Shown: positions 44,743 through 60,580 of the stretch, one piece after another
Numbering within the stretch: the first letter of the stretch is position 1
Layout of the letters: the number at the start of each line of letters is the position of its first letter
Origin: Eledone cirrhosa
Lineage: Eukaryota
DNA length: 64,000 bases
Reading direction: 5' to 3'
NCBI GenBank assembly: GCA_964016885.1
Contig: OZ024751.1
Coordinates: 48,174,001 to 48,238,000, forward strand
Made by a program: the position numbers and the translations under genes
Notes under the pieces: model-generated
What the model was told of the DNA's origin: nothing
Databases searched by the model: none
The model's input: only the letters and a program-made list of their open reading frames with translations

Positions 44743-46095
44743 TTATATGTATATGTATGTGTGTGCCTCTGTAAATGTATGTGTATATGTATATGTATAT
44801 GTATGTGTGAGCCTGTGTATATGTATATGTTTATATGTATATGTATAAGTATGTGTATGCCTGTATATATGTTTATGTTTATATGTATATGTATGTATGT
44901 GTGTGCTTATGTATATGTATATGTTTATATGTATATGTAAGTGTTTGCCTGTGTATATGAACATGTGTATATGTACATGTATATGTATGTGTGTGCCTGT
45001 GTATATGTATATGTTTATATGTATATGTATATGTATGTGTATGCCTGTGTATATGTATATGTTTATATGTACATGTATATGTATGTGTGTGCCTGTGTAA
45101 ATGTATATGTTTATATGTACATGTATATGTATGTGTGTGCCTGTGTATATGTATATGTTTATATGTACATGTATATGTATGTGTGTGCCTGTGTAAATGT
45201 ATATGTTTATATGTATATGTATATGTATGTGTGTGCCTGTGTATATGTATATGTTTATATGTACATGTATGTGTATGCCTGTATATATGTATATATGTAT
45301 ATGTTTATATGTATATGTATATGTATGTGTGTGCCTGTGTATATGTATATGTTTATATGTATATGTATATGTATGTGTATGCCTGTATATATGTATATGT
45401 TTATATGTACATGTATATGTATGTGTGTGCCTGTGTATATGTATATGTTTATATGTATATGTATATGTATGTGTATGCCTGTATATATGTATATGTTTAT
45501 ATGTACATGTATATGTATGTGTGAGCCTGTGTATATGTATATGTTTATATGTACATGTATGTGTATGCCTGTATATATGTATATATGTATATGTGTATAT
45601 GTATGTATGTGTGTGCTTATGTATATGTATATGTTTATATGTATATGTATATGTAAGTGTGTGCCTGTGTATATGAACATGTGTATATGTATATGTATAT
45701 GTATGTGTGTGCCTGTGTATATGTATATGTTTATATGTATATGTATATGTATTTGTATGTGTGTGCCTGTGTATATGTATATGTTTATATGTATATGTAT
45801 ATGTATATGTATGTGTGTGCCTGTGTATATGTATATGTTTATATGTATATGTATATGTATATGTATGTGTGTGCCTGTGTATATGTATATGTTTATATGT
45901 ATATGTATATGTGTATGTATGTGTGTGCCTGTATATATGTATATGTTTATATGTACATGTATGTGTATGTGTGTGCCTGTGTATATGTATATGTTTATAT
46001 GTATATGTATATGTATATGTATGTGTGTGCCTGTGTATATGTATATGTTTATATGTATATGTATATGTATGTGTGTGCCTGTATATATGAACATG

Positions 46096-46130
<35 letters not shown>

Positions 46131-46373
46131 GTGTGTGCCTGTATATATGTATATGTTTATATGTATATGTATATGTATTTGTATGTGTGTGCCTGTGTAT
46201 ATGTATATGTTTATATGTATATGTATATGTATATGTATGTGTGTGCCTGTATATATGAACATGTGTATATGTATATGTATATGTATATGTATGTGTGTGC
46301 CTGTGTATATGTATATGTTTATATGTATATGTATATGTATATGTATGTGTGTGCCTGTATATATGTATATGTT

Positions 46374-46406
<33 letters not shown>

Positions 46407-46487
46407 GTGTGTGCCTGTGTATATGTATATGTTTATATGTATATGTATATGTATATGTATGTGTGTGCCTGTATATATGAACATGTT

Positions 46488-46532
<45 letters not shown>

Positions 46533-46592
46533 GTGTATGCCTGTATATATGTATATGTTTATATGTATATGTATATGTTTGTATGTATATAT
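43660..46592. repeat. (CA)n/(CACT)n block and (TG/TA)-rich minisatellite (gtgcctgtgtatatgtatatgtttatat...)
   Basis: Directly visible. Confidence 0.9.
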
Positions 46593-46991
46593 GTAGCCGT
46601 ATAATTAAGACAAGAAATAATCATTTATAAGAAAGTGTCATCACTTTAATGGCGGCCAAAGAGAGAGGATTGCGGAGTGAACGGTCGAGAGGTTAATAAC
46701 GAGAAGAGAACTGAAGCTGTTGGTAAAAGGTTAATGGGTTCTGGCAGGCATATATTGATACATGATCCGATCAATGAGGGGGTCGATTGACTATGATATC
46801 GATAGGAAAGGTCAACATATGTATTATATATAAAAAGACTAACGGATTTCATTTGACTTTACTTGTTACTGATTGTTCACTAAATAGTTTTAGTATTGGT
46901 TAACAACAACAACAACAACAATAACAACAATAACAACAACAACAGCAGCAACAATGACAACAACAACAACAACAATAACAACAATAACCTT

Positions 46992-47762
46992 ACCATAATA
47001 GTGTCTTAGATAATAGTGGCTTTATAGTACCGTACCATAATAGTGTCTTAGATAATAGTGGCTTTATAGTACCGTACCATAATAGTGTCTTAGATAATAG
47101 TGGCTTTATAGTACCGTACCATAATAGTGTCTTAGTCAATATTGGCTTTATAGTACCGTACCATAATAGTGTCTTAGATAATAGTGGCTTTATAGTACCG
47201 TACCATAATAGTGTCTTAGATAATAGTGGCTTTATAGTACCGTACCATAATAGTGTCTTAGTCAATAGTGGCTTTATAGTACCGTACCATAATAGTGTCT
47301 TAGTCAATAGTGGCTTTATAGTACCGTACCATAATAGTGTCTTAATAGTACCGTACCATAATAGTGTCTTAGATAATAGTGGTTTTATAGTACCGTACCA
47401 TAATAGTGTCTTAGATAATAGTGGCTTTATAGTACCGTACCATAATAGTGTCGTAGTCAATAGTGGCTTTATAGTACCGTACCATAATAGTGTCTTAATA
47501 GTACCGTATCATAATAGTGTCTTAGATAATAGTGGGTTTATAGTACCGTACCATAATAGTGTCTTAGATAATAGTGGCTTTATAGTACCGTACCATAATA
47601 GTGTCTTAATAGTACCGTATCATAATAGTGTCTTAGATAATAGTGGGTTTATAGTACCGTACCATAATAGTGTCTTAGATAATAGTGGCTTTATAGTACC
47701 GTACCATAATAGTGTCTTAGTCAATAGTGGCTTTATAGTACCGTACCATAATAGTGTCTCAG
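46992..47762. repeat. 42-bp minisatellite TACCATAATAGTGTCTTAGATAATAGTGGCTTTATAGTACCG
   Basis: About 19 near-identical units, some shortened. Confidence 0.93.
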
Positions 47763-47802
47763 TCTTAGAGAGAGGGAGAGATAGATAGAGAGAGAGTGGG
47801 AG

Positions 47803-47910
47803 AGAACAGTTCTAGTCCTGTAGAAGCCATTCCTATATTAACTATTTATACTTTGCTTTGTATTGAGTACCTTACTTACTGTGGCTACCCCCGATTGAAC
47901 CCGGGATAAA
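47803..47910 (+). mobile_element. 5'-truncated family A element (3' half of the hammerhead plus tail)
   Basis: aacagttctagtcctgtagaagc..gtattgagtaccttacttactgtgg matches 33700-33810. Confidence 0.7.
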
Positions 47911-47953
47911 CTTATATATATATATATATTCATCCTATGTGTGCGTATATATA

Positions 47954-48032
<79 letters not shown>

Positions 48033-48034
<2 letters not shown>

Positions 48035-48280
48035 AAGGCGGGTAAAATTCCCGAGATCCATGGACGAGTTCTCTCCAGCGGTCTCTGTCCCTCATTATCG
48101 CTGCCATATCCTGCATCTCCAACAGACCAGTGTCTGTCCTAAGGGCATCAACATATGTTAACCTTGGTCTTCCTCTTCTAGTGTGTCCATGTAGGGGCTC
48201 CCAAAGGAGCACTGAGTGCAATGTCAACTCTGGATGTCGGTGAGCATGTCCAGCCAACCTCAGTCTCCTCTGTGTCACTT
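48033..48280 (-). mobile_element. RTE-type LINE 3' fragment (same family as 42919)
   Basis: Nearly identical C-terminal peptide ending REFYPP*, abutting (TA)n. Confidence 0.85.
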
Positions 48281-48358
48281 TATATATAATCAAGGTTTAG
48301 CAAATAAGAAAAAGTTTCAAAATAAATTTGAAAAAAATTAACTTTACCTACTATAGTT

Positions 48359-48442
48359 ACCTTTACCGAATCGGTTTCGAGTCTCAAAAATAAACGGAGT
48401 CCATACGGCATCCGTTGCAAAGAAAAACTCTCGTCAGGAGGA
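48359..48442 (-). ncRNA. Hammerhead ribozyme, diverged family B copy (element ~48290-48557)
   Basis: CCTC-CTGACGA-GAGTT..GACTC-GAAA-CCGATTCGG-TA-AAGG; stem II covaries relative to GAATC/GATTC. Confidence 0.75.
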
Positions 48443-48555
48443 TCTTTTCATTCGAAGAATATAAAATTCCCGAATTCAAATTACGAACTGGCGCTATTCA
48501 AAATTGTTCCCGAGATGAGAGAAAATGAAGTGGAATCAATTTTCTCAAGGGCCGA

Positions 48556-48635
<80 letters not shown>

Positions 48636-49039
48636 CGCATACATATTTATACATATGCGTTTGAAGAATCAAGAGGGTGATACGACGGACTTCTATATAC
48701 ACTTATTTCTGTGTAACGAACATTTTCAGCCACTGGTTATAGATCAACCAGAAGCCAAGCTAGAGTAAAAAAGAATTGCTTAAGATTTTGCACAGTGGGA
48801 TTGAATAGCCAACCATGCTCTTATGAAACGAACTTCTTAACCACGTAGCTTTTTATAAGCACCCCATCCGAAGAATAACTGATAGTTATTTAAAGTCTAT
48901 TAATTGTGCAGTGAAACGAAATGTTTCACTGTTTGACCAAAGTTATTGTTATCTGAAAGACCAGCAAAAGAATCTTGTCTCTTAGCTAGAGATTGGTTTC
49001 TGTTTTCTTCAATGAACTTCGTATTTATACACACATTCA

Positions 49040-51490
<2,451 letters not shown>

Positions 51491-51569
51491 CAAAGAAAAA
51501 CAAGCAAGCAAGTAAAAGCAACAAATGATAAAAGCGAAGGAAAAACATGAAGAGCAAATTGTAGAAATC

Positions 51570-51612
51570 CGGGCGCCATTTTAAAAGTTAGTTTCTGACC
51601 AAAACGGAAGTG
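51570..51612. promoter_or_regulatory. Promoter-like cluster: YY1-type CGCCATTTT and ETS CGGAAGTG
   Basis: Two housekeeping-promoter motifs in a short unique island just upstream of a GTAAG donor. Confidence 0.55.
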
Positions 51613-51621
51613 GTGTTCGCC

Positions 51622-51632
51622 ATGATGTGGTG
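51622..51632 (+). CDS. Putative first exon end (ATG ATG TGG TG|gtaaga) of an unidentified gene
   Basis: gccATG context and strong donor; phase 2 matches the exon at 54163. Confidence 0.3.
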
Positions 51633-51833
51633 GTAAGACGTAAAGCAGGTTTGACTGGAATCAATAGATTTCAAATGCAATCAACTTTAAGCCGTCCAAT
51701 GGTTCTTACTAAATCCTTCATAAATATGACTTTATCAATATTTCAAAGTGATTCTTTACGACAATCGTTCCGCTTTTTATATATATATATTTATTTATTT
51801 ATTTATTTACATTTATATATGTGTATATATATA

Positions 51834-51864
<31 letters not shown>

Positions 51865-52009
51865 TTATTTATATATATATATATATTTATTTATATGTAT
51901 ATGTATTTATATATATATATATATTTATTTATATATATATATATATATTTATTTATATGTATATGTATATGTATATATATATATATATGTATATATATGT
52001 ATATATATA

Positions 52010-52056
<47 letters not shown>

Positions 52057-52097
52057 TTATATATATATGTATATGTATATGTATATATATATGTATA

Positions 52098-52140
<43 letters not shown>

Positions 52141-52959
52141 ATGTGTGTGTGTGTGATGGATATGTATACGCATATCCACACTGACACGCACACATCATCT
52201 GCTCACAAACACACACAAATACACACACACACGCATCATATATACATACACACATGCATAAACGCACACAAACACACATACTTTTTATTTTGATTCTTTC
52301 TTTCTTTGTTTCCTTCTTTTTATTTATATATTCCATAGTGTGTGTATGTATGTATAAATGTATGTATATATGTGTTTATACGCGTATGTATGTATACGTG
52401 TTTGTGCGTGAGCGTGTGCGCGTGTTTTTTCATGTGTCTATGTATAGTATATATATATGTATATCTTTGTCTGGGAGTGTGTCTGTGGGTTTCTGCGTAT
52501 GTGTTTGTGTGTGTGTGTGTGTGTGTCTGTTTGTGTATACATGTGTATGTTTGCCTATGGAAGGTTTTGTGTGTGCGTGTGTGTAAGTGCATGTTTGTTT
52601 GTATGTGTGTACTATATCGTGTTATAGTGTATGTATGTGTGTGTATCTGTTTTTTTCTAGTTTGAGCTTTTCTCTGTTTGTTTGTTTGGTTGGTTGTTGT
52701 TGATTTTATTTTCGGTGGTGGTGATCGTGGTTGTACGGGAGAGGGTGGACAGTTCGTCTTTTGTCTTAAATATAGCAGAATAAAAAAAAAAACAAAAAAA
52801 CAAATGCCAAGCAGTAAACCAAATAAATTTAGAAATAAAACACGAAAAAAAAAAATGACAAGCCCTCCCCACCCCCCAATAACCCAACCCCACAATAAAA
52901 AAACCCCCAAAACAAACAATATATTACCTGGATAAAAAGTAACCGAAGTTATAATAATA

Positions 52960-53066
52960 ATAATAATAATAATTGTTTCTACTTTTGGCACAAGGCCAGC
53001 AATTACCCAGTGCATTACTGGTACTTTATTCTATCGACCCCGGAAGGATGAAAGGCAAAGTTAACC

Positions 53067-53126
<60 letters not shown>

Positions 53127-54090
53127 GTTTCTTATATAGGCACAAGGCCAGCAATTTTGGGGGAGGGGAAAGTCGATTAAATCTACACCAGTGTATTACT
53201 GGTACTTTATTTTATCGACCCCGTAAGGATGAAAGGCAAAGTTAATAATAATAATAATAGTTTCTACTTTTAGCACAAGGCCAGCAATTATTCCAGTGTA
53301 TTACTGGTACTTTATTTTATCGACCCCGTAATAATAATAATGTTTTCTTTATTGGCCACAAGGGCTAACATGAAGAAAAACATTAGAGACGGCACAAACG
53401 ATACAGGTTGATACAAAGTGGGTTTTGGCCGTGTAAAAAAGGTAGAAATATCAATAATAATAATAATAATAATCGTTTCTTATATAGGCACAAGGCCAGC
53501 AATCTTTTTTTGGGGGAAGTCGATGAAATTGACCCCAGTGCGTGACTGGTACTTTATTTTATCGACCCGTAAGGATGAAAGGCAAAGTTAACCTCGGCGG
53601 GATTTGAACTCAGAACGTAAAGTGCCGTAACTCTATACTGCAAAGCATAGCGTCTAACTCTCTACCCATACTGCTAACCCACTGTTATTATATATATAAA
53701 GTACCAGTAATGTACTGGGTATTTGCTGGCCTTGTGCCAAAAGTAGAAACAATTATATATAATAATATAATAATTGTTTCTACTTTAGGCACAAGGCCAG
53801 CAATTACCCAGTGTATTACTGGTACTTTATTTCATCGACCCCGTAAGGGTGAAAGCAAAGTTAACCTCGGCGGGATTTGAACTCAGAATGGCAAGGGCGG
53901 TAACTCTATGCGTCAAAGCATGGCGTCCGACCCTCTACCGATACTGCCAATCCACAATATAATAATTGTTTCTACTTTAGGCACAAGGCCAGCAATTACC
54001 CAGTGCATTACTGGTACTTTATTCTATCGACCCCGTAAGGATGAAAGGCAAAGTCAACCTCGGCGGGATTTGAACTCAGATCGTAAATCC
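52960..54090 (-). mobile_element. Cluster of about seven tRNA-SINE copies/fragments separated by (AAT)n
   Basis: Repeated ggcacaaggccagcaattacccagtg.attactggtactttat..atcgaccccgtaaggatgaaaggcaaag; one + copy at ~53698-53752. Confidence 0.85.
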
Positions 54091-54162
54091 ACAATATAAT
54101 AATATAATATAATAACATAATAAGATAACGTCGGAATCCATTTTTTCCCCCCTATTTCACAG

Positions 54163-54248
54163 GATTAAACGTTTAAACGACGTCAGTGAAATATCTTTGC
54201 CAAACCTGGAATTACGAAAGCTTGCAATTCTAGAATATCCCACCATTG
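54163..54248 (+). CDS. Putative internal exon (IKRLNDVSEISLPNLELRKLAILEYPTI), product unknown
   Basis: Strong acceptor ttttttccccc..tttcacag| and donor TTG|gtaatt; only one of three frames is open. Confidence 0.4.
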
Positions 54249-54429
54249 GTAATTCCAAATACCATTAATGCCATTCTCTCAAAGACATCCTCTGTAGAAT
54301 TATCCCTCACCCGCTCATCAACCCCCACCCCCTAATCTTTGCATGAGCAAAGCCATTCCTGATAGTGGTTTAATATTCTTAATCTCTCGGTTAAAACGAT
54401 TCCCTCTTCCTAATATTCTAATATCTCAG

Positions 54430-54488
54430 ATTGTGTGTGTGTATGCATGTGTGAGTAGGTGTAGGTGTGTGTGTGTGTGTATGTGTGT

Positions 54489-54539
<51 letters not shown>

Positions 54540-54542
54540 TGT

Positions 54543-54584
<42 letters not shown>

Positions 54585-54727
54585 ATATGCGTGGTTAATG
54601 TTTGTTTTTGTTGTATGTTGTGTATGTGTCTATGTGTTAGTTTGTGTGTGTGTGTGTGTGTGTGGTGTCTGTCTGTGTGTGTATGTGTTACAGAGTAATA
54701 AGACAGCAGCAGCTTGGGAATATATGG

Positions 54728-54805
<78 letters not shown>

Positions 54806-54816
54806 TCATACACACA

Positions 54817-54868
<52 letters not shown>

Positions 54869-55385
54869 AATACATACACACTCACACACTAGAAAACAGT
54901 TCTGTAGATAGATAGTGATAGGTAGATAGCGGATACGAGGGTATGTTTGGGTGGTGTGTGTGCGTGTCTGTCTGTGTGTGTGGGTGTGTGTGAGAGAGAG
55001 AGAGAGGGAGAGGGAGAGGGAGAAAGAGAGGGAAAGTGAGGGAGAGTGAGAGAGAGAAAGTGAGAGAGAGAGAGAGAGAGAGTGAGAGAGAGAGAGTGAG
55101 AGAGTGAGTGTGTGTTGGGATTTGTGAGAGCAATATTATAAGAGTCGGAAAGAAGATTAGTGAAATGTAGTAATAATGAAGGTGGGAGGGGGAAGAGGGA
55201 TGGGAAGAGTGGATAGAGTGAAGAAGTGGCTGTTAGAGATAGAGAGAAATGTTAGAGAGTGAGAGAGACTGAGAGATGAGAGAGAGAGAGACTGAGAGAT
55301 GGGAGGGAGAGAACCTGAGAGATGGGAGAGAGGGAGAGGCTGAGATATAAGAGAGAGAGAGAGAGAGAGAACCTGAGAGATGAAA

Positions 55386-55425
<40 letters not shown>

Positions 55426-55477
55426 AGAGGGAGAACCTGAGGGATGAAAGATCAGAAAGAGAAGGAGAAAGCCTGAG

Positions 55478-55530
<53 letters not shown>

Positions 55531-55608
55531 TGTGAGAATGAGAGATTAAAAGAGGGAGGTTGAAAGGGAGAGGGAGACAGAGAGAAAGAGAGAGAGAGAG
55601 ACAGAGTG

Positions 55609-55707
<99 letters not shown>

Positions 55708-55730
55708 CAGAGTGTGTAAGAGAGAGAGAA
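54430..55730. repeat. (GT)n, (CA)n and (GA)n microsatellite block
   Basis: Directly visible. Confidence 0.9.
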
Positions 55731-55754
55731 AGTGCTAACAATAATTCTTTGATA

Positions 55755-55803
55755 GGCTCCACCCATTATCTGTCAATCAAGTAACGTCAATGAAGCACGT
55801 GAT
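55755..55803. promoter_or_regulatory. Motif cluster: PBX/MEIS decamer (CTGTCAATCA), half-CRE (ACGTCA), E-box (CACGTG)
   Basis: Three consensus motifs within 35 nt (55770-55801). Confidence 0.4.
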
Positions 55804-56012
55804 ATGTATTTCGTTTTTCTCTGTTGATCTGAAGAATGCAATAGTTGTGTACACTCTCTGACCCTGTAGTTCTGTCAGAGCCAACAGTTATTGTTGTAGT
55901 TGTTGTTATTGGTGTTGTTGTTGCTGGTGGTGGTGGTGGTGGTTTTGCAGCTTATGTCATTTACAGCCGTAATTTTTCTTGCTGCTTCTGTTGCTGCTGT
56001 TGCTGCTGTTGC

Positions 56013-56067
<55 letters not shown>

Positions 56068-56449
56068 CAGTTAAGACGCCAGAAGCATCCGATTGTCACC
56101 CCCCCTTTACCATATGGGCGTCAAACTAAATAGTAAGAGTTAACCATTAGTTATTTACCCTCCCTCTTCCTTCTTCCATACGGGCGCCATTTTGAATAAA
56201 GTCTTACTTGCTCAGGTCCAGAGGCTCAACTTATCGCAGCTTACCATGGTTTCATGTGGCGTCAACAAAATGTATAAGACTTCCCCGTGGATAGGAGGCC
56301 AGTCCATCATAAAGTTAACTCCCGAGTGTTTGTGGTACTCAACGTTTAACTGAGTGGACTGGTAGCACATAAAATGAAGTGTTTTGCTCAATGACACAGA
56401 GCATTACCTGGCCCAGGGATCAAACGCCTGTTATATATAACACACACAC

Positions 56450-56481
<32 letters not shown>

Positions 56482-56678
56482 CGAGTCATATATTTATATA
56501 TACATGCCTAGACACATGTCTATATGGCATTGGTCCTTTCATTTCTGAAAGTTATTCGATATCATAAATTCAATAGTGGTGTTTCTCATTGACAGAAAGA
56601 CAAGACATGTTTATGCCATCACCAACACTAACCCATCTTAAATAACTACTAAAATAACAACGACAGTGGCTAACTTTG

Positions 56679-56811
<133 letters not shown>

Positions 56812-56857
56812 GATTTACAAATATATGTATATTTTATATATATATATTTTATATATA

Positions 56858-56938
<81 letters not shown>

Positions 56939-56991
56939 TATAAGCGAGTTACTAATAAGCCTTTGTGTTTTTGCATCTCTGTCTTTTCTTG

Positions 56992-57042
<51 letters not shown>

Positions 57043-57797
57043 CATACATGTTTAATTCCTTGTAATTTCAGACGCAAGTACTTCTCATGTTCAGTTAAAT
57101 ATAAAGGACGGTAATTGGCAGAATTATGCCAGTCATATAATCTGCTACACCATATGACGTATTAGTATTTAGTTACTTTCCTTTGCAATCTTCAGTTTTT
57201 ACATCTCACTGCTTTTTTTTAACTTTTGTCCATCCTTGCTCGATAATATAATATGTATATCTGGCAGTAAAACAAAAGTATAAGTTTAATTGTCTCCGAA
57301 TATATGTAACCTTGTGTGTAACTTAAAGCTTCTTATTGAGGAAGTTGTGGATTTGTTTTAAAGACATTTTTCGAACTGCACAATGTTTTGAGGTAGGCGC
57401 CATGACACTATGTTCAACATTCTCTGAATCCGAGAAGCAGAGAGACAGGTAGATAGTTAGCTAGACAGATAAGTAGATACATAGATAAACAGACAGATAT
57501 ATATATTTAAAAGAATAGAGGTGTAACACACGAGTTGTGATATATTGGTAAACGGAAAAGAAAATGTTGACAAATTGTTCCCAGTGAAAAATAGTTTAAT
57601 TAGGAATAAGTAAAAATTAGTAATAGTATTGGTTAGTATTCAGTTTTGGTTTTAAGTGTTTACCGGTTGCGCATTTCTAATGCTTTTCAAAAATAATTTT
57701 GAGATAGAGCGCCCGTGATGTTTGCTCTAATCTGATTAGTTTTGGAAATTCTACCTGTTTTATGTGAAAAAAGTGGGTTCAGATGTATTAAAATAAG

Positions 57798-57895
57798 TTT
57801 CGCGCCAATTCGTGTTGCAAAAATTCTTGTGGTCAAAACAATTTTGATTGGTCGGTAGAGGTCATGTGAATGTTAAAAATTGATTTTGCGCCAAA
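57798..57895. promoter_or_regulatory. E2F/NF-Y type promoter cluster
   Basis: TTTCGCGCC (57798), CCAAT and GATTGG boxes, GTCATGTGA, TTTTGCGCCAAA (57884). Confidence 0.55.
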
Positions 57896-57951
57896 TGTAG
57901 GTTTGCTTCGGCTGATTGAGAAGTCACTGAAAAATAAGCCTTTTAAGACAA

Positions 57952-58005
<54 letters not shown>

Positions 58006-58109
58006 TAGTAGTAGTAGTAAAGAGGTTTGTTGTTGTGATAATGGTCAGCAGGGATGTGTGTGCGAACCGCAGCCTGCTGACAGGTCAACAGTTCAGATGC
58101 CTGTTAAGA

Positions 58110-58162
<53 letters not shown>

Positions 58163-59174
58163 CAGAGTAATTCGTGGTAGGAATGTGTCTGTACGTGTGT
58201 GGGGGATATTTTAACATGTTAAAAGATATTTTTCAGCTCTTGTCTTATACGTAGAAGTGTGTGTATATGTCTCTTTGTATGTTAGTGTACGCGTGTGTAT
58301 GTATGTGTGTATATATGTGTGTGTGTATATATGTGTGTGTGTGTATGTGTGTATGTGTGTGTGTGTGTGTGGGTGGACCAGTATTTTTGTGATACTGGTA
58401 AAAATGGTGTAAATTATTCGATATTTTCAGTAAAAACGATTCTCTCAATAGAACATCAAAAACCTTAATAATAAAAGGTGTGAAATGATATATAGTATTG
58501 GCATAACACCAAGGTGTGTGTGAGTGTCCAGATTGTACGTACTGCAAGGGGAATCCATTAGGCCTTGCCGTATTGGAATACTTGTGTACAAATATGTATG
58601 TGCCCATCAGTGTGCAATACATGTGTGCGTATATGTATGTGTGTGTGTCGGCACGTTTATATCTATAGACATCAAAAGGTATGCAAATGTGTGTATATTT
58701 GTGTTGCACCATAGAACATGTGTGTTTACGTATGTCATTGTGTTTATATGTGGATAGAGATGTATGTAGGATGTATGCTGATGTAGGTACGTATGTTGAC
58801 GTGTGTATGTTGTGGGTTCGTCTTAGGGAGAAGTGTTTAGACGGGGTCCGTATTTGTTAATAAAGTGAGATTCCTTGCTGATGCGCTGGGTGTGGGTGGC
58901 ATTATCTTTAAATTTGTAGAGGGGGAAAGATTCTGAAGTTGGGATGATTTTGGGCGGCACAGGTATCAATGTGTTCACTCAGTGGTATTTTCCTGTATTC
59001 CCGTATTTTAATTTGGGATCTATGGACAGTCATGCGTTGGCGGAGGCTGTTTTGGGTCTGGCCTATGTATTGTTCTCGACAACCTGAGCAAGTTAATACA
59101 TATATTAGATTTTCTGATGCGCATGTGAAATTGTGTTTTACTATAAAACGTTGTCCTTCTTTGAAATAGAATTC

Positions 59175-59276
<102 letters not shown>

Positions 59277-60497
59277 TGATAAAGAAAGATAGAGGAAGAA
59301 TTGGCCATACTACTGGATTAGTATTTTATTTAGCAACCCCTAAAGAGTGAAATGCAGATGTTGACCTCGGAGGGATTCGAACTCAGTACAGAGTTAGAAC
59401 TAATACAGTGAATCATTCTATTCGATGTGCTTTGCTCCCTTATATATCTAGAAAAAGATATAAACTTATCGATAGGAATAGAATGCAACCCCATCGCGTT
59501 CGACGATGGGCGTTGTAAATGTTCGATTAATGATATAGCTTTCTCGTGAAATTAACGTGTAAGTAGCTGAGCATTCTACACAGACACGAGTACTCTTAAC
59601 GAACTCAAGACCTCGTGAATGTGAAACTAATTTCTTAAACATTTCGCCACGCTGCATCCACAAACAGATCAGTAGAGATAAAGAACAGCCCCCCCCCCCC
59701 TCACACACACACAAAAAGAACATCTAGAAAGACAGATTGGCATATATATAGGGAAGGTATTCACAGATCGATAGAGAGGAAGACAGGCAAAAGAACATAT
59801 AGAAAGACAGATTGATATATAGGGAGATATTCACAGATCGATGGGCAGAAAGACCGAAAGCTGAATCCAACTGTAATCTGTAAAGGAAGCTTCATTTGAG
59901 AAATCTAAATGCGTCAGGAAGGGACAAAAGTCTTGTATTACAGTACACACTTTAACCTCTTGCATAAATTTGATACAGTACCATTGTCAGTTTGTGACAG
60001 ACCTGGTTCTATTACATACGTACATACATATATATATATCTGTATTAATACATACGCGTAGAGAGAAATACTTTTATACATACATATACGTACACATACA
60101 TGCATACATTTACACATATATACATGTATAATACATACACATACATAATTACATAATACATGCATACATATATAAATACATATATACAGGCATACATATA
60201 TATACATACATACATATATATATAAATAAACAGATATATATACATATACATACATACATATGCCATAGAAAGAATGGCAGCAAAACTAAAGACATCAGCC
60301 AAGTGTTCAAGTGTGAAGAGAACAGCACCACAGAGGATGAAAAAGTTGAATTTTTTATGTGCATAACACTCCCTGAAACAAGTAATACACATGTAAAGTT
60401 TGAAAAAAATCGGTTGGGTACTTCTCGAGTTTTAGGGATTCAAACACAAACACACACACACACACAGACAGGCATCCTCAGTTTTATATATATAGAG

Positions 60498-60580
60498 ATA
60501 TTACAATCGTTTCTCTGGTCGCCAGAGAAACGATTGTAATATGTCCAATAAATTCCATTCGTCGCAACACTGATTCTCTT
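60498..60580 (+). mobile_element. Family K fragment: perfect 21-bp hairpin containing a hammerhead 3' half
   Basis: GAAACGATTGTAATATG..gcaacactgattct; homologs on the minus strand at ~12410-12528 and ~33945-34015. Confidence 0.6.

Noticed and set aside
46630-46735. Possible exon or ATGGCG start in a unique island
   Set aside because: The plus-strand ORF is 9 codons; the minus-strand acceptor has no convincing donor or homology.
46992-47762. CRISPR-like regular array / repetitive ORF (TLLWYGTIKPLLSK)n
   Set aside because: Contiguous tandem units with no unique spacers, eukaryotic context and no cas genes: a minisatellite.
55856-55880. ACCCTGTAG (miR-10-like) within a small hairpin
   Set aside because: Similarity stops after 9 nt and the 7-bp stem is far too short for a pre-miRNA.
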